From: a virus
Lineage: Duplodnaviria > Caudoviricetes
Length of the DNA stretch: 29,078 nt
Strand: one strand, 5' to 3'
Virus record (IMG/VR): IMGVR_UViG_3300032820_000075
Location: 1 to 29,078 of that record
Shown: positions 6,865-14,035 of the stretch, piece by piece
Layout: every line of letters starts with the position of its first letter
How positions within the stretch are numbered: position 1 is the stretch's first letter
Translations under genes and position numbers: made by a program
The notes under the pieces: model-generated
Told to the model about the DNA's origin: nothing
The model's input: the letters and a program-made list of their open reading frames with translations, nothing else
Databases searched by the model: none

Positions 6865-7304
6865 TAGAACGGCACCGCGTCGACAGGCGGCGTGATGTCT
6901 GGCGGCGGTGTCGTGGTCGGCGCACCCGGCGGGAACACGCCCTCGACGTTCGCCCACACGTCGCCGTCGGTCTTGATCGCGTGCTTGATCTCAACCTGGC
7001 ACGTTTTGCCCACGAGCTGCATGAGGTCGATCCCGTCGCGTTCTTCCTCGGGCGAGACGGGCACGCCGCGCCACGAGTCGAGCGTCTTGCGGAGCATTGC
7101 CCGCGCGTGTAGCGATCGCGTGTAGCGGCGGCGCACGACGAACAACCGCTCGCCGCCGTTCAACTGCCACGAGATCGAGATCATTGCCTTGGTGCCGTAG
7201 GCCGTCTCGACCTGGCCGAGATCTTCGACGTCCAGGCAGACGGCCTCGTGCCGTCCCTCGGGCGCTTTTTCACTAGTGGACACGTTCACTACTAACCTCG
7301 TCAT
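6864..7304 (-). CDS. phage ssDNA-binding-like protein (NGO0469-like family) with acidic ...DAVPF tail
   Basis: APEGRHEAVC.DV.DLG...YG, YTRSLH.RA.LRK.L.SWRG, DL.QLVGK.CQV.I.H, WANV; the C-terminal D-x-x-PF tail is SSB-like. Confidence 0.75.
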   Translation of the reverse strand: MTRLVVNVSTSEKAPEGRHEAVCLDVEDLGQVETAYGTKAMISISWQLNGGERLFVVRRRYTRSLHARAMLRKTLDSWRGVPVSPEEERDGIDLMQLVGKTCQVEIKHAIKTDGDVWANVEGVFPPGAPTTTPPPDITPPVDAVPF

Positions 7305-7503
7305 GTGGCGAACCTCGTAGCGCCGGGCGGGCGGCGCAGACTGTGCATTCGTACGACGGCGGCGGCGACTCGAACCGGGTGACGGTGATCGGCCCAGAGC
7401 CGAAAATTGACACCGAGGCCAGGACGGTCTGATAGCCGATCCAGCAATCAGCGCAAACCAGATCGGCGGGCGAGTTTGAGTGCGCGACCAGGTGCCACGC
7501 CAT
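7273..7503 (-). CDS. small zinc-binding hypothetical protein
   Basis: CADC...CTVC; TGATG coupling to the upstream gene. Confidence 0.6.
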   Translation of the reverse strand: MAWHLVAHSNSPADLVCADCWIGYQTVLASVSIFGSGPITVTRFESPPPSYECTVCAARPALRGSPHDEVSSERVH

Positions 7504-7709
7504 CAGCGATCCCTCGGCGGTCGCGGCGTCGTGTCGGTCGCCGCGCGTTTGACGATGATCCGGTCGAGGTCGCGCGGCAAGTACAACGGCGTGCGACCAA
7601 AGCGCACGCGCGGCACGCGCAGCCGGGAGACGCGACTGCGAAAGCTCGCGAGCGTGCCAGGGAATCGGACGTAGTCCATTGCTTCGGCTTCGGAGAGGTA
7701 GCGCGGCAT
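7503..7709 (-). CDS. excisionase-like HTH_17 DNA-binding protein
   Basis: RYLSEAEAMDYV...LRVPRVRFGRTPLYLPRDLDRII. Confidence 0.75.
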   Translation of the reverse strand: MPRYLSEAEAMDYVRFPGTLASFRSRVSRLRVPRVRFGRTPLYLPRDLDRIIVKRAATDTTPRPPRDR

Positions 7710-7710
7710 C

Positions 7711-8001
7711 TTAGGCGGTGCGCTTTCGGTCGGCGAGGGCGATCGGGCGGGCTGGTCGCGTCGGTCGCTGCCTGACGTCGGGGTGTTGCAGCCAGGCGAT
7801 CACGTCCTCGCGCAGCCAGCGATACCACTGGCCCGAGACGCGCGGCATCGGCGGCGGGAACCGGCCCGAGCCTTGATCGGCGTCGCGCTGGATCGTCGAC
7901 GGGTGTACGTCAAAAAGCGCCGCCAGGTCGCCCCGTCGAATGATGGGCGGCAAGTCTCGGGCGCGGCTGATCAGGCTTTGCTGTCGTTTCGGGCGGGGCA
8001 T
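7711..8001 (-). CDS. AlpA/Xis-like winged HTH regulator (Cro position)
   Basis: IIRRGDLAALFDVHPSTIQRD...GRFPPP...RWLREDVIAWL; first gene divergent from the repressor. Confidence 0.82.
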   Translation of the reverse strand: MPRPKRQQSLISRARDLPPIIRRGDLAALFDVHPSTIQRDADQGSGRFPPPMPRVSGQWYRWLREDVIAWLQHPDVRQRPTRPARPIALADRKRTA

Positions 8002-8008
8002 AAGGGGC

Positions 8009-8037
8009 ACGATATGGGCGCAGCAATATCTCGTCAA
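8009..8037 (-). promoter_or_regulatory. sigma70-type early (lytic) promoter, probably leaderless
   Basis: TTGACG (8037-8032) - 17 nt - TATCGT (8014-8009) - 7 nt - ATG (8001); no Shine-Dalgarno sequence. Confidence 0.7.
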
Positions 8038-8098
8038 GCAATAAAGGCGTTATCGCACCACAACGGTGCAAACTGACGCACGAAGGGGCATTTTTCTC

Positions 8099-8128
8099 TT
8101 GCGTGCGTGTAATTCTGCGCCATACAAT
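8099..8128 (+). promoter_or_regulatory. sigma70-type repressor promoter, near-leaderless
   Basis: TTGCGT (8099-8104) - 18 nt - TACAAT (8123-8128) - 9 nt - ATG (8138); no Shine-Dalgarno sequence. Confidence 0.6.
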
Positions 8129-8137
8129 CGCCCGCCT

Positions 8138-8449
8138 ATGCCGATCCACCTCGACGACATTCGCTGGCACGTCGGCCACGTACTGCGACGACTGCGGCAA
8201 GCGCACCAGCTCAGCCAGTCCGCCCTGGCCGAGGCGTCAGGCGTCGCGCAGTCGAAGATCCAGCGACTCGAAGATCGTGGCGTCGGCAGCCTGGACACCG
8301 TGACGACGTTGGCCGAGGTACTCGGCACGACCGTCGGCGAGGCGACGAGTTACGCCGAGCGATTGAACGGTGCCCGCTCAGGCGACCAGGACGCAGTCGA
8401 TACGCTGGCCGCCCTCATTCGGAAGGAAACCGGACCAAGGAAATCATGA
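8138..8449 (+). CDS. XRE-family HTH repressor (CI-like, no peptidase domain)
   Basis: VGHVLRRLRQAHQLSQSALAEASGVAQSKIQRLEDRG.GSLDTVTTLAEVLG; divergent from the early operon. Confidence 0.9.
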   Translation: MPIHLDDIRWHVGHVLRRLRQAHQLSQSALAEASGVAQSKIQRLEDRGVGSLDTVTTLAEVLGTTVGEATSYAERLNGARSGDQDAVDTLAALIRKETGPRKS

Positions 8450-8470
8450 CCCGTCGTCGGAGGATTGACT

Positions 8471-8749
8471 ATGCCCAGGAACGCGCAACACCCGTTCGGC
8501 GTCAGTCATCTTGTACACGCGGCGCTCGGCTCGATGAACTGCACGCTTGACGACTTTGCCACAACGCACCACCTCGCGCGCGATCAGCTCGCCGCGCTAA
8601 TCGACGGTGCACCGGTTCCCGCCGAACTGCCGCTCGCGGTTGTCGTGGCGCTCGGATGGACGGCGCGCGACGCCCTCGACCATCTCGCCGAGATCTCGGC
8701 CATCGAGACACCTGGAGGATCAGCCGATGACACCCCAGCGACACGTTGA
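8471..8749 (+). CDS. hypothetical protein, possible degenerate XRE HTH
   Basis: GGAGG RBS; LVHAALGSMNCTLDDFATTHHLARDQLAALIDG...LAVVVALGWT follows XRE helix spacing. Confidence 0.6.
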   Translation: MPRNAQHPFGVSHLVHAALGSMNCTLDDFATTHHLARDQLAALIDGAPVPAELPLAVVVALGWTARDALDHLAEISAIETPGGSADDTPATR

Positions 8750-8951
8750 CGTGCCGACCGACGACCAGCGCGGCGGCACCTTCGATATCACGCCCGACAT
8801 GCGAGTCGTCTGCCGGTATGCCCAACACCTCGCCCGCTCGAAGCTGGCGCAGGGTGACGGGCGCGACGTCGTCGTCGAGGCGCTCGACTACGCGATCAGG
8901 CTGATCGATATGGAGCAGGAGCGGCAGCGGCGGGCGCACGGCGGGCCGTGA
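8727..8951 (+). CDS. hypothetical protein
   Basis: GGAGG RBS then ATG at 8727; 74 aa ending immediately before the att repeats. Confidence 0.6.
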   Translation: MTPQRHVDVPTDDQRGGTFDITPDMRVVCRYAQHLARSKLAQGDGRDVVVEALDYAIRLIDMEQERQRRAHGGP

Positions 8952-8954
8952 TCG

Positions 8955-8987
8955 GTATGCCAATAGTATGCCCAGAGTATGCCAAAA
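8955..8987 (+). repeat. left arm-type sites: GTATGCCAATA / GTATGCCCAGA / GTATGCCAAAA
   Basis: Tandem 11-bp period; 8954-8974 is repeated exactly at 9196-9216. Confidence 0.9.
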
Positions 8988-8999
8988 ACGGTCAAACCA

Positions 9000-9039
9000 G
9001 TGACATCGAGCGACATCCAGTGACACCGAATGACATCGA
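9000..9039 (+). repeat. four tandem 10-bp repeats (GTGACATCGA, GCGACATCCA, GTGACACCGA, ATGACATCGA), candidate Xis/RDF sites
   Basis: Helically phased 10-bp period, located between the left arm sites and the core. Confidence 0.85.
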
Positions 9040-9096
9040 GAGGGCAACGCAAAACGCCAGCAAAACCGGGATATAATGCGTTTTGTCTAAGGTTTC

Positions 9097-9137
<41 letters not shown>

Positions 9138-9196
9138 AGCGCGGACACCAGAAACACCCCCAAAAACACAGGGCAAAATCGACCCCCTCGCGGAAG

Positions 9197-9218
9197 GTAT
9201 GCCAATAGTATGCCCAAG
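9197..9218 (+). repeat. right arm-type sites: GTATGCCAATA / GTATGCCCAAG
   Basis: Direct copies of the left arm units. Confidence 0.9.
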
Positions 9219-9351
9219 GCACCGCAGCCCGCCGCCGAGACGCCGCGAGCTGATCGCGTGCGCTGTACGCCACGCGGCCCCGGCCCCATACCGCTGCAAG
9301 GCCCGGCCGGAGATCGTCCCGTACACGGCAACCTCGCACGCCGTTTTCGGG

Positions 9352-9594
9352 TCAGACGACCGTCGAGAGCCACAAGCCGAGCGCCGTGCCGCAGCCCGCG
9401 CCCGTCGCATAACAAACCATCGCGACCGGGCCGTCGGCTCGACTCGCCGTGCGGGCGTTCAGCCACCAGACGCCGGAGAGCGCCGCCGCCACGACGATCG
9501 CCAGCGAGCGCCCCGAGGCGAGCAGGGTGGTATTCCACGACACCAAGCAAACGATCGCCAGGCCGCGCAGGAAGATCGACGCGTAGAGCATCAC
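9352..9594 (-). CDS. small multi-pass membrane protein
   Basis: Three hydrophobic segments and a C-terminal YATGAGCGTALGLWL; GTGA coupling. Confidence 0.75.
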   Translation of the reverse strand: MMLYASIFLRGLAIVCLVSWNTTLLASGRSLAIVVAAALSGVWWLNARTASRADGPVAMVCYATGAGCGTALGLWLSTVV

Positions 9595-9902
9595 GCCCCC
9601 TTGTCGAGCTGATGGTGCCGCCAGATCAAAAAGGCCCACGCGGCGATCTTGGCGACGTCCTCGACATCACCGCGCGCCAGGTAGCGTCGGGCCTTGTAGA
9701 CGATTTCCCCTGCGGCGTGCCCGTGGCCGCCGACCATCTCGGCGACCGAGCGGTAGAGCACGTTGTCGCCGTCGGGGCCGTTCTGGCTGTAATGCTTCGA
9801 GGCGGCAGTCGCGCCGAGCAGGGCGGCGACATCCGCGCAAAACTGATCAAACGTCGGCGCGTCGGCTGCGCCCTTTTTTTCGTCGTCGGCAATATTCGGC
9901 AT
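9591..9902 (-). CDS. all-alpha protein, possible DUF3310/NTP-pyrophosphohydrolase-like
   Basis: KHY...HAAGEIVYKARRYLARGDVEDVAKIAAWAFL. Confidence 0.5.
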   Translation of the reverse strand: MPNIADDEKKGAADAPTFDQFCADVAALLGATAASKHYSQNGPDGDNVLYRSVAEMVGGHGHAAGEIVYKARRYLARGDVEDVAKIAAWAFLIWRHHQLDKGA

Positions 9903-10203
9903 AGAACAGTTGCACCTCGTCATCGGTTAGAAACTTGCGTAGCTGCGTCGTCGTGCGTCGGATCGAGCGTTCGGATCGATCAGGATACACCCGGTGCAGC
10001 AGCTCGTGCAGGATGGTGTCGACGGTCGCGGGCACCGGGTTAATCACCACGGCATCGCCGTCGATGCAGACGCCGTGCACCGTCTCGCCGGGTGCCGTCA
10101 GATACGCCTCGACGATCGGCGCTGCGCCCAGCTCGGCCCACAGTCGGAGCCAGAGCGCGCGCCGCCTGGCGTCATCGCTGCCAGGGTGCGCCGTCTTCGA
10201 CAT
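9847..10203 (-). CDS. small HExxH zincin-like metallopeptidase
   Basis: VHGVC....VVINP.....DTILHELLH......SE. Confidence 0.7.
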   Translation of the reverse strand: MSKTAHPGSDDARRRALWLRLWAELGAAPIVEAYLTAPGETVHGVCIDGDAVVINPVPATVDTILHELLHRVYPDRSERSIRRTTTQLRKFLTDDEVQLFYAEYCRRRKKGRSRRADV

Positions 10204-11314
10204 CGAACCAGTGCAGCGTGACCGAGTTGAGATCCGTCCGCCCGTCGACCTGCTCGAAGGTCACATACCCGCGCCGTTGCGGTCGGCCGCCGATCTTGGC
10301 CTGCGTCATATACCCGGCCGTCTTACACAGGCACCCGCACTCGACGAGCATCGACGACGCACGCCAGGGCAGCATTGCAAGCGTGTGCGTGTGGCCCATC
10401 ACCAGCAACCGGATCGCGTCGAGGCCGAGGGCGTCTGAATTATCGGCGAGCCATTCCTCGAACGCTCGGAGCGCCGCGCCGGGCGTGCGGCTGTATTTCT
10501 CAGGATGCGCCAGGACAGCATCGCCGACGACGGTGAGCCAGTCGATCGCGTGCGTCGTGCCCGGCACCGGGTGCGAGGCGACGCTGACGTTCTCGAACCG
10601 CCGGGCGAGTGCGGTGATCGGGCAGAGCGTGCCACTCGGCGTCATCGCGGTGATCGCGTCGACCATGTCGGGCGTCAGTTGCGCGGCGAGCGCCTTTCGC
10701 AATCTGGCGTCGTGATTGCCGACGATGATCCGCACGGCGGGCAGCAACTCCGAGAACGTCTCCAGGATCAAGGTGACGGCGGCCCACTCGTCAGCATACG
10801 GCACCCGCTCGTGCTTGCTGAACCGAGACAACGAATAGCAGTCGCCGACGTCCCCGATCAGCACGGCGAGATCGGTGCGCTTCGACTCGCGCGCCAGCAT
10901 GGTCGCTAACATGTCCGGCTCGTGAAACGGGACGTGGAGATCCGGCACGACCAGAACGCGCGTCCGCCCGTCAGGCGTGCGCGCCTTCGCTGCGCCGCGA
11001 TACCGATCGCGCGCCTGGTGGATACACTCCTGCCAGCGTGCCCAGGCTTCGTCGTAAGTGCGGAGCGGTTGCCGCAGATGCGCGTCGGCCTCGTCGCGCT
11101 CTGCCTTGGCCTCGCTGCGCTGATACAGCCGCGAGCATTTAAAACAGCGCGTCGCGCGCTTCGAGCACGGTCCGCCGCAGTCGATGCACGGCGCATTCGG
11201 CAACGCCCGACTCGGCACGCCCCGCCGCGCGTAGTAGCACTGGATGCACCTGGCCGCCGTCGCCACCGACAGCGGGCGTTCCTTGCAGACCGGGCAGATC
11301 CTCGGTTTAGTCAT
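10172..11314 (-). CDS. calcineurin-like metallophosphoesterase with N-terminal CxxC zinc fingers
   Basis: PDLH, GDVGD, GNHD, H, GHTH, ECGCLC motifs; N-terminal CPVC/CIQC/CIDC/CFKC. Confidence 0.9.
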   Translation of the reverse strand: MTKPRICPVCKERPLSVATAARCIQCYYARRGVPSRALPNAPCIDCGGPCSKRATRCFKCSRLYQRSEAKAERDEADAHLRQPLRTYDEAWARWQECIHQARDRYRGAAKARTPDGRTRVLVVPDLHVPFHEPDMLATMLARESKRTDLAVLIGDVGDCYSLSRFSKHERVPYADEWAAVTLILETFSELLPAVRIIVGNHDARLRKALAAQLTPDMVDAITAMTPSGTLCPITALARRFENVSVASHPVPGTTHAIDWLTVVGDAVLAHPEKYSRTPGAALRAFEEWLADNSDALGLDAIRLLVMGHTHTLAMLPWRASSMLVECGCLCKTAGYMTQAKIGGRPQRRGYVTFEQVDGRTDLNSVTLHWFDVEDGAPWQR

Positions 11315-11798
11315 CGCCGGGATCGCCGTCGGCCTGCGCGTGCGCCAGCGACGGCCATGACCCCGATCGCATCATGCCCGCGAGGCGACGGGCGCGCACC
11401 GGCACCTGCGTCTGCCAGCGGGAGTCGAGCAGCTCGTCGGCGCAGCGATCGAAGTCGCCAGCCTTCAACGCGGCGAGCGCCCGGCGGAAGCCGCACACGC
11501 CCCGCACGCCCAGGTTGTGCGCCATGTCTCGCAACGCCGCGAGGCGCACCGGGTCGAGGCTGGCCGCCCACGGCAACGCCCCCGAGATCTCGGCGGCGGT
11601 CGCGACGAGGTCGTGTTCGAGCAGCTCGCCCGCCTCGGCCTGCGTCACGCCGCGCACGTCGAGCGCCCGGCCGAATCCGATCGTCGGGTGCCCGACCAGC
11701 GTGTCGCCAGGGCCGATCGGTTTGCCGGTCGCGTCGTCGTAGACCGTCAACCGACAGCCCTCGTGCAGTTGCACCAGGGCGCGCACGGTGTCGATCAT
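11307..11798 (-). CDS. endolysin, T4-type lysozyme (GH24)
   Basis: HEGCRL.VYDD...TIGFGR, R..AL.DM.HNLG..G...F, ELLDSRW..QV..RA.RLA.MMRSG. Confidence 0.93.
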   Translation of the reverse strand: MIDTVRALVQLHEGCRLTVYDDATGKPIGPGDTLVGHPTIGFGRALDVRGVTQAEAGELLEHDLVATAAEISGALPWAASLDPVRLAALRDMAHNLGVRGVCGFRRALAALKAGDFDRCADELLDSRWQTQVPVRARRLAGMMRSGSWPSLAHAQADGDPGDD

Positions 11799-12175
11799 GA
11801 CGTGGTCGCTGCGGCCTCGGCTGCCGCGTCGCGCTTGGCCTGATAATCCGACACGACCGCATCGAGCGCCCGCCGGGCATTGCCCGCCGCCACGGTCGCC
11901 CGCACGAACTCGCGCGCACACGTCGCGACAGCCTCGTCGGAGAGTAGATCGCGCCCGAGCTTGCCCTCGACATGCCCGAGCACGGTCGCGCTCAAGTTGA
12001 TCGCGGCTTGTTCTTTTTCAGCGCCGGGCGTGCCCAGCTCGACGGCGTCCTCGGTGATCTGCGTCGCCAGTGTCAGGATGCCCGCAATGCCCTGCGCGCC
12101 TGGCACGAGCGCCGCGAACGGCGAGGCGATGGCCGCCGCGTTGCCGATCTTTCGTAAGATACTCAAGAATCCCAT
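11795..12175 (-). CDS. lysis-region protein, possible holin
   Basis: Amphipathic/hydrophobic N-terminus and a GAEK..AA motif; immediately upstream of the lysozyme. Confidence 0.5.
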   Translation of the reverse strand: MGFLSILRKIGNAAAIASPFAALVPGAQGIAGILTLATQITEDAVELGTPGAEKEQAAINLSATVLGHVEGKLGRDLLSDEAVATCAREFVRATVAAGNARRALDAVVSDYQAKRDAAAEAAATTS

Positions 12176-12187
12176 TCCGCCCCCTAG

Positions 12188-13612
12188 CTAGTCGTCGAGC
12201 CGCCCGACAATCAGACGCCCGCACGCATACTCCAGATCCAGTTCGGCATTCGCCGTCATCGTCACGTCGTCATACTCGCCCGTGTCCGGCACGATGATCC
12301 GGCAGGACAACGCCCGCACCGCGCGCAGCCGCGTGTGTCGCGCCAGGCTATAGACCAGCGTGACGAACCGGCCATCGTCGGCGACGACACTGTCGATCCG
12401 ACGGTCGGCCGCCTCGGGGAACCCGTCGGCGTCGGTCAGCGGCGACTCGTCGCGGTTGCCGTGCACGATCAGCCGAAACGCCGATTGCAGATCGTCCGGC
12501 AAATGCCGCCGCACGTTCGGCACAACCTCGAAGCCCGGCTCGTCGGCGATCGGGCCGAGCCATACCCGCACGCCCCGGTGCGTATGAAAGACGAACGCCG
12601 CCGGGGCCATAAAGTTCGCGACCGCCAGCAGGCACAACGCCTCGGGCGTTTCGATCGGCCCCATGACGTCAGCGCCGATCAGATCACGGCTCGGCCCGCC
12701 GGGTTCAGACTCGACGCCGAGCCGACTGACGGGCCGCCCGTGGCCCTCGTCGTAGGTGATGCCGCGCGCGTGCCGGATCGCCGAGACGTGATCTTGCTCG
12801 AAGTGGCCCCGGTGCCCGTGCTTTTGCCAGAGCGGCGGCCGACCCCACCGATCGAGGTCAACGATCTCTTCGCTATACGCACTGCGCAAGCGCAGGCACG
12901 GCAGCGCGTAGGCGTCGACCAGCGGATCGATCACAAGCCGGTCGAGGTCGGCGGGATCGTCCGGCTCGGAATCGTACAGCCAGTTCTGCCAGGCCTCGTT
13001 CACGTCGGCGAAGATCATCACGCCCGGCGCAGCGACGGCGATGACCTGGCCGACCGTCTGCGCCCAGGTGGTGAGTTGCGCCTCGTTGCGATCGAACATC
13101 TGGAGATCGCCGCACGACCAGAACAACCGCAGGGCACGCTCGTCGAGCGCCCGACAATAGCCCGCCACCATGTCGTCGTAGTCCGGCCACGCCTCGACCC
13201 GCACGTCGTCCTGGCCGGTGAACGCGATCGGCGCGACTTCATGCCCGCGCCAATACGGATACCAGCCGAGCGAAAACCAGGTGCGGACGAACTGGTAGCC
13301 CGCCGTCGCAATCGTGTCGAGCTGGTGCAGGCAGGCATCGGGATCGGCGCGGTACTGGCCCAGGCCCCAGCCGTACGTGATGCCCAGCGGTAACACCGGG
13401 CCGACGTCGTCGGCGAAGTGGCTGCCAGGCACCGCCCGCAGCGCGCCGTAGATCTGCCCCGGCACCAGCGGCGGCGACGGTTCCGGCTCGCGGTCTGGCT
13501 CGGTGACGACCGGCGGATCGCGCGGCAGTCGCTCGGGATCGCGCGCGCCCTCGTCGCCCGCGCCGAGATCGTCGTTCTCGACGTGCCCGTGCCAGGACCG
13601 TCGATCAGTCAT
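12188..13612 (-). CDS. putative clan GH-A (TIM-barrel) glycoside hydrolase
   Basis: LDTIATAGYQFVRTW, DVNEAWQN (acid/base-like NE), H..R, ESEPGG (nucleophile-like); Pro/Glu-rich N-terminal linker. Confidence 0.6.
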   Translation of the reverse strand: MTDRRSWHGHVENDDLGAGDEGARDPERLPRDPPVVTEPDREPEPSPPLVPGQIYGALRAVPGSHFADDVGPVLPLGITYGWGLGQYRADPDACLHQLDTIATAGYQFVRTWFSLGWYPYWRGHEVAPIAFTGQDDVRVEAWPDYDDMVAGYCRALDERALRLFWSCGDLQMFDRNEAQLTTWAQTVGQVIAVAAPGVMIFADVNEAWQNWLYDSEPDDPADLDRLVIDPLVDAYALPCLRLRSAYSEEIVDLDRWGRPPLWQKHGHRGHFEQDHVSAIRHARGITYDEGHGRPVSRLGVESEPGGPSRDLIGADVMGPIETPEALCLLAVANFMAPAAFVFHTHRGVRVWLGPIADEPGFEVVPNVRRHLPDDLQSAFRLIVHGNRDESPLTDADGFPEAADRRIDSVVADDGRFVTLVYSLARHTRLRAVRALSCRIIVPDTGEYDDVTMTANAELDLEYACGRLIVGRLDD

Positions 13613-13847
13613 CGTCGAAACACGCGACCCGGTCGGCGGGTGTCTGGCTGGTGTTAATACAGATCTGGCGCAGCACGGGCAGCAGCTCGCGCAGCTCGGC
13701 CTCGCTGCGATCGGCGTGAGTCTGGATCGCGGTCAGCACTTGCGTCGACAACAGCCAGACGAGATAGATCGCAATCGCCGACGGGACGCCGACGGCGCTG
13801 ACGGCCTTGACGATCCAGGGTGTTCCGTTCGCGAGCAACGTCGGCAT
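13605..13847 (-). CDS. single-TM holin-like protein (YvrJ-like GxPxAIAIYL motif)
   Basis: AVSAVGVPSAIAIYLVWLL followed by a helix; AGAGG RBS. Confidence 0.65.
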   Translation of the reverse strand: MPTLLANGTPWIVKAVSAVGVPSAIAIYLVWLLSTQVLTAIQTHADRSEAELRELLPVLRQICINTSQTPADRVACFDDD

Positions 13848-13850
13848 CCT

Positions 13851-14018
13851 CTAGCCGCCTTCTGTGTCCTCGTCGGGGTCGGCAGGCGGCGCGAGTTGCT
13901 GCGCCTGCTGCGCGACGAGCGCCTGCAATCTGGCGATCTGGATCACTTGTTCGCCGATCACGGTAAACAGGGTTTCGGTCGTGACGGGCGGCAGCGTCGG
14001 GGCTGTCGGTTCGGTCAT
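13851..14018 (-). CDS. 55-aa coiled-coil protein after the tail fibre (not in ORF track)
   Basis: AAGGA RBS; MTEPTAPTLPPVTTETLFTVIGEQVIQIARLQALVAQQAQQLAPPADPDEDTEGG. Confidence 0.75.
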   Translation of the reverse strand: MTEPTAPTLPPVTTETLFTVIGEQVIQIARLQALVAQQAQQLAPPADPDEDTEGG

Positions 14019-14035
14019 CGTCGGTGTCCTTTTGG

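Noticed and set aside
8955-9039. Plasmid iterons or parS centromere
   Set aside because: No Rep or ParA/ParB gene is nearby, and the placement on both sides of a tRNA core favours integrase arm sites. It cannot be fully excluded.
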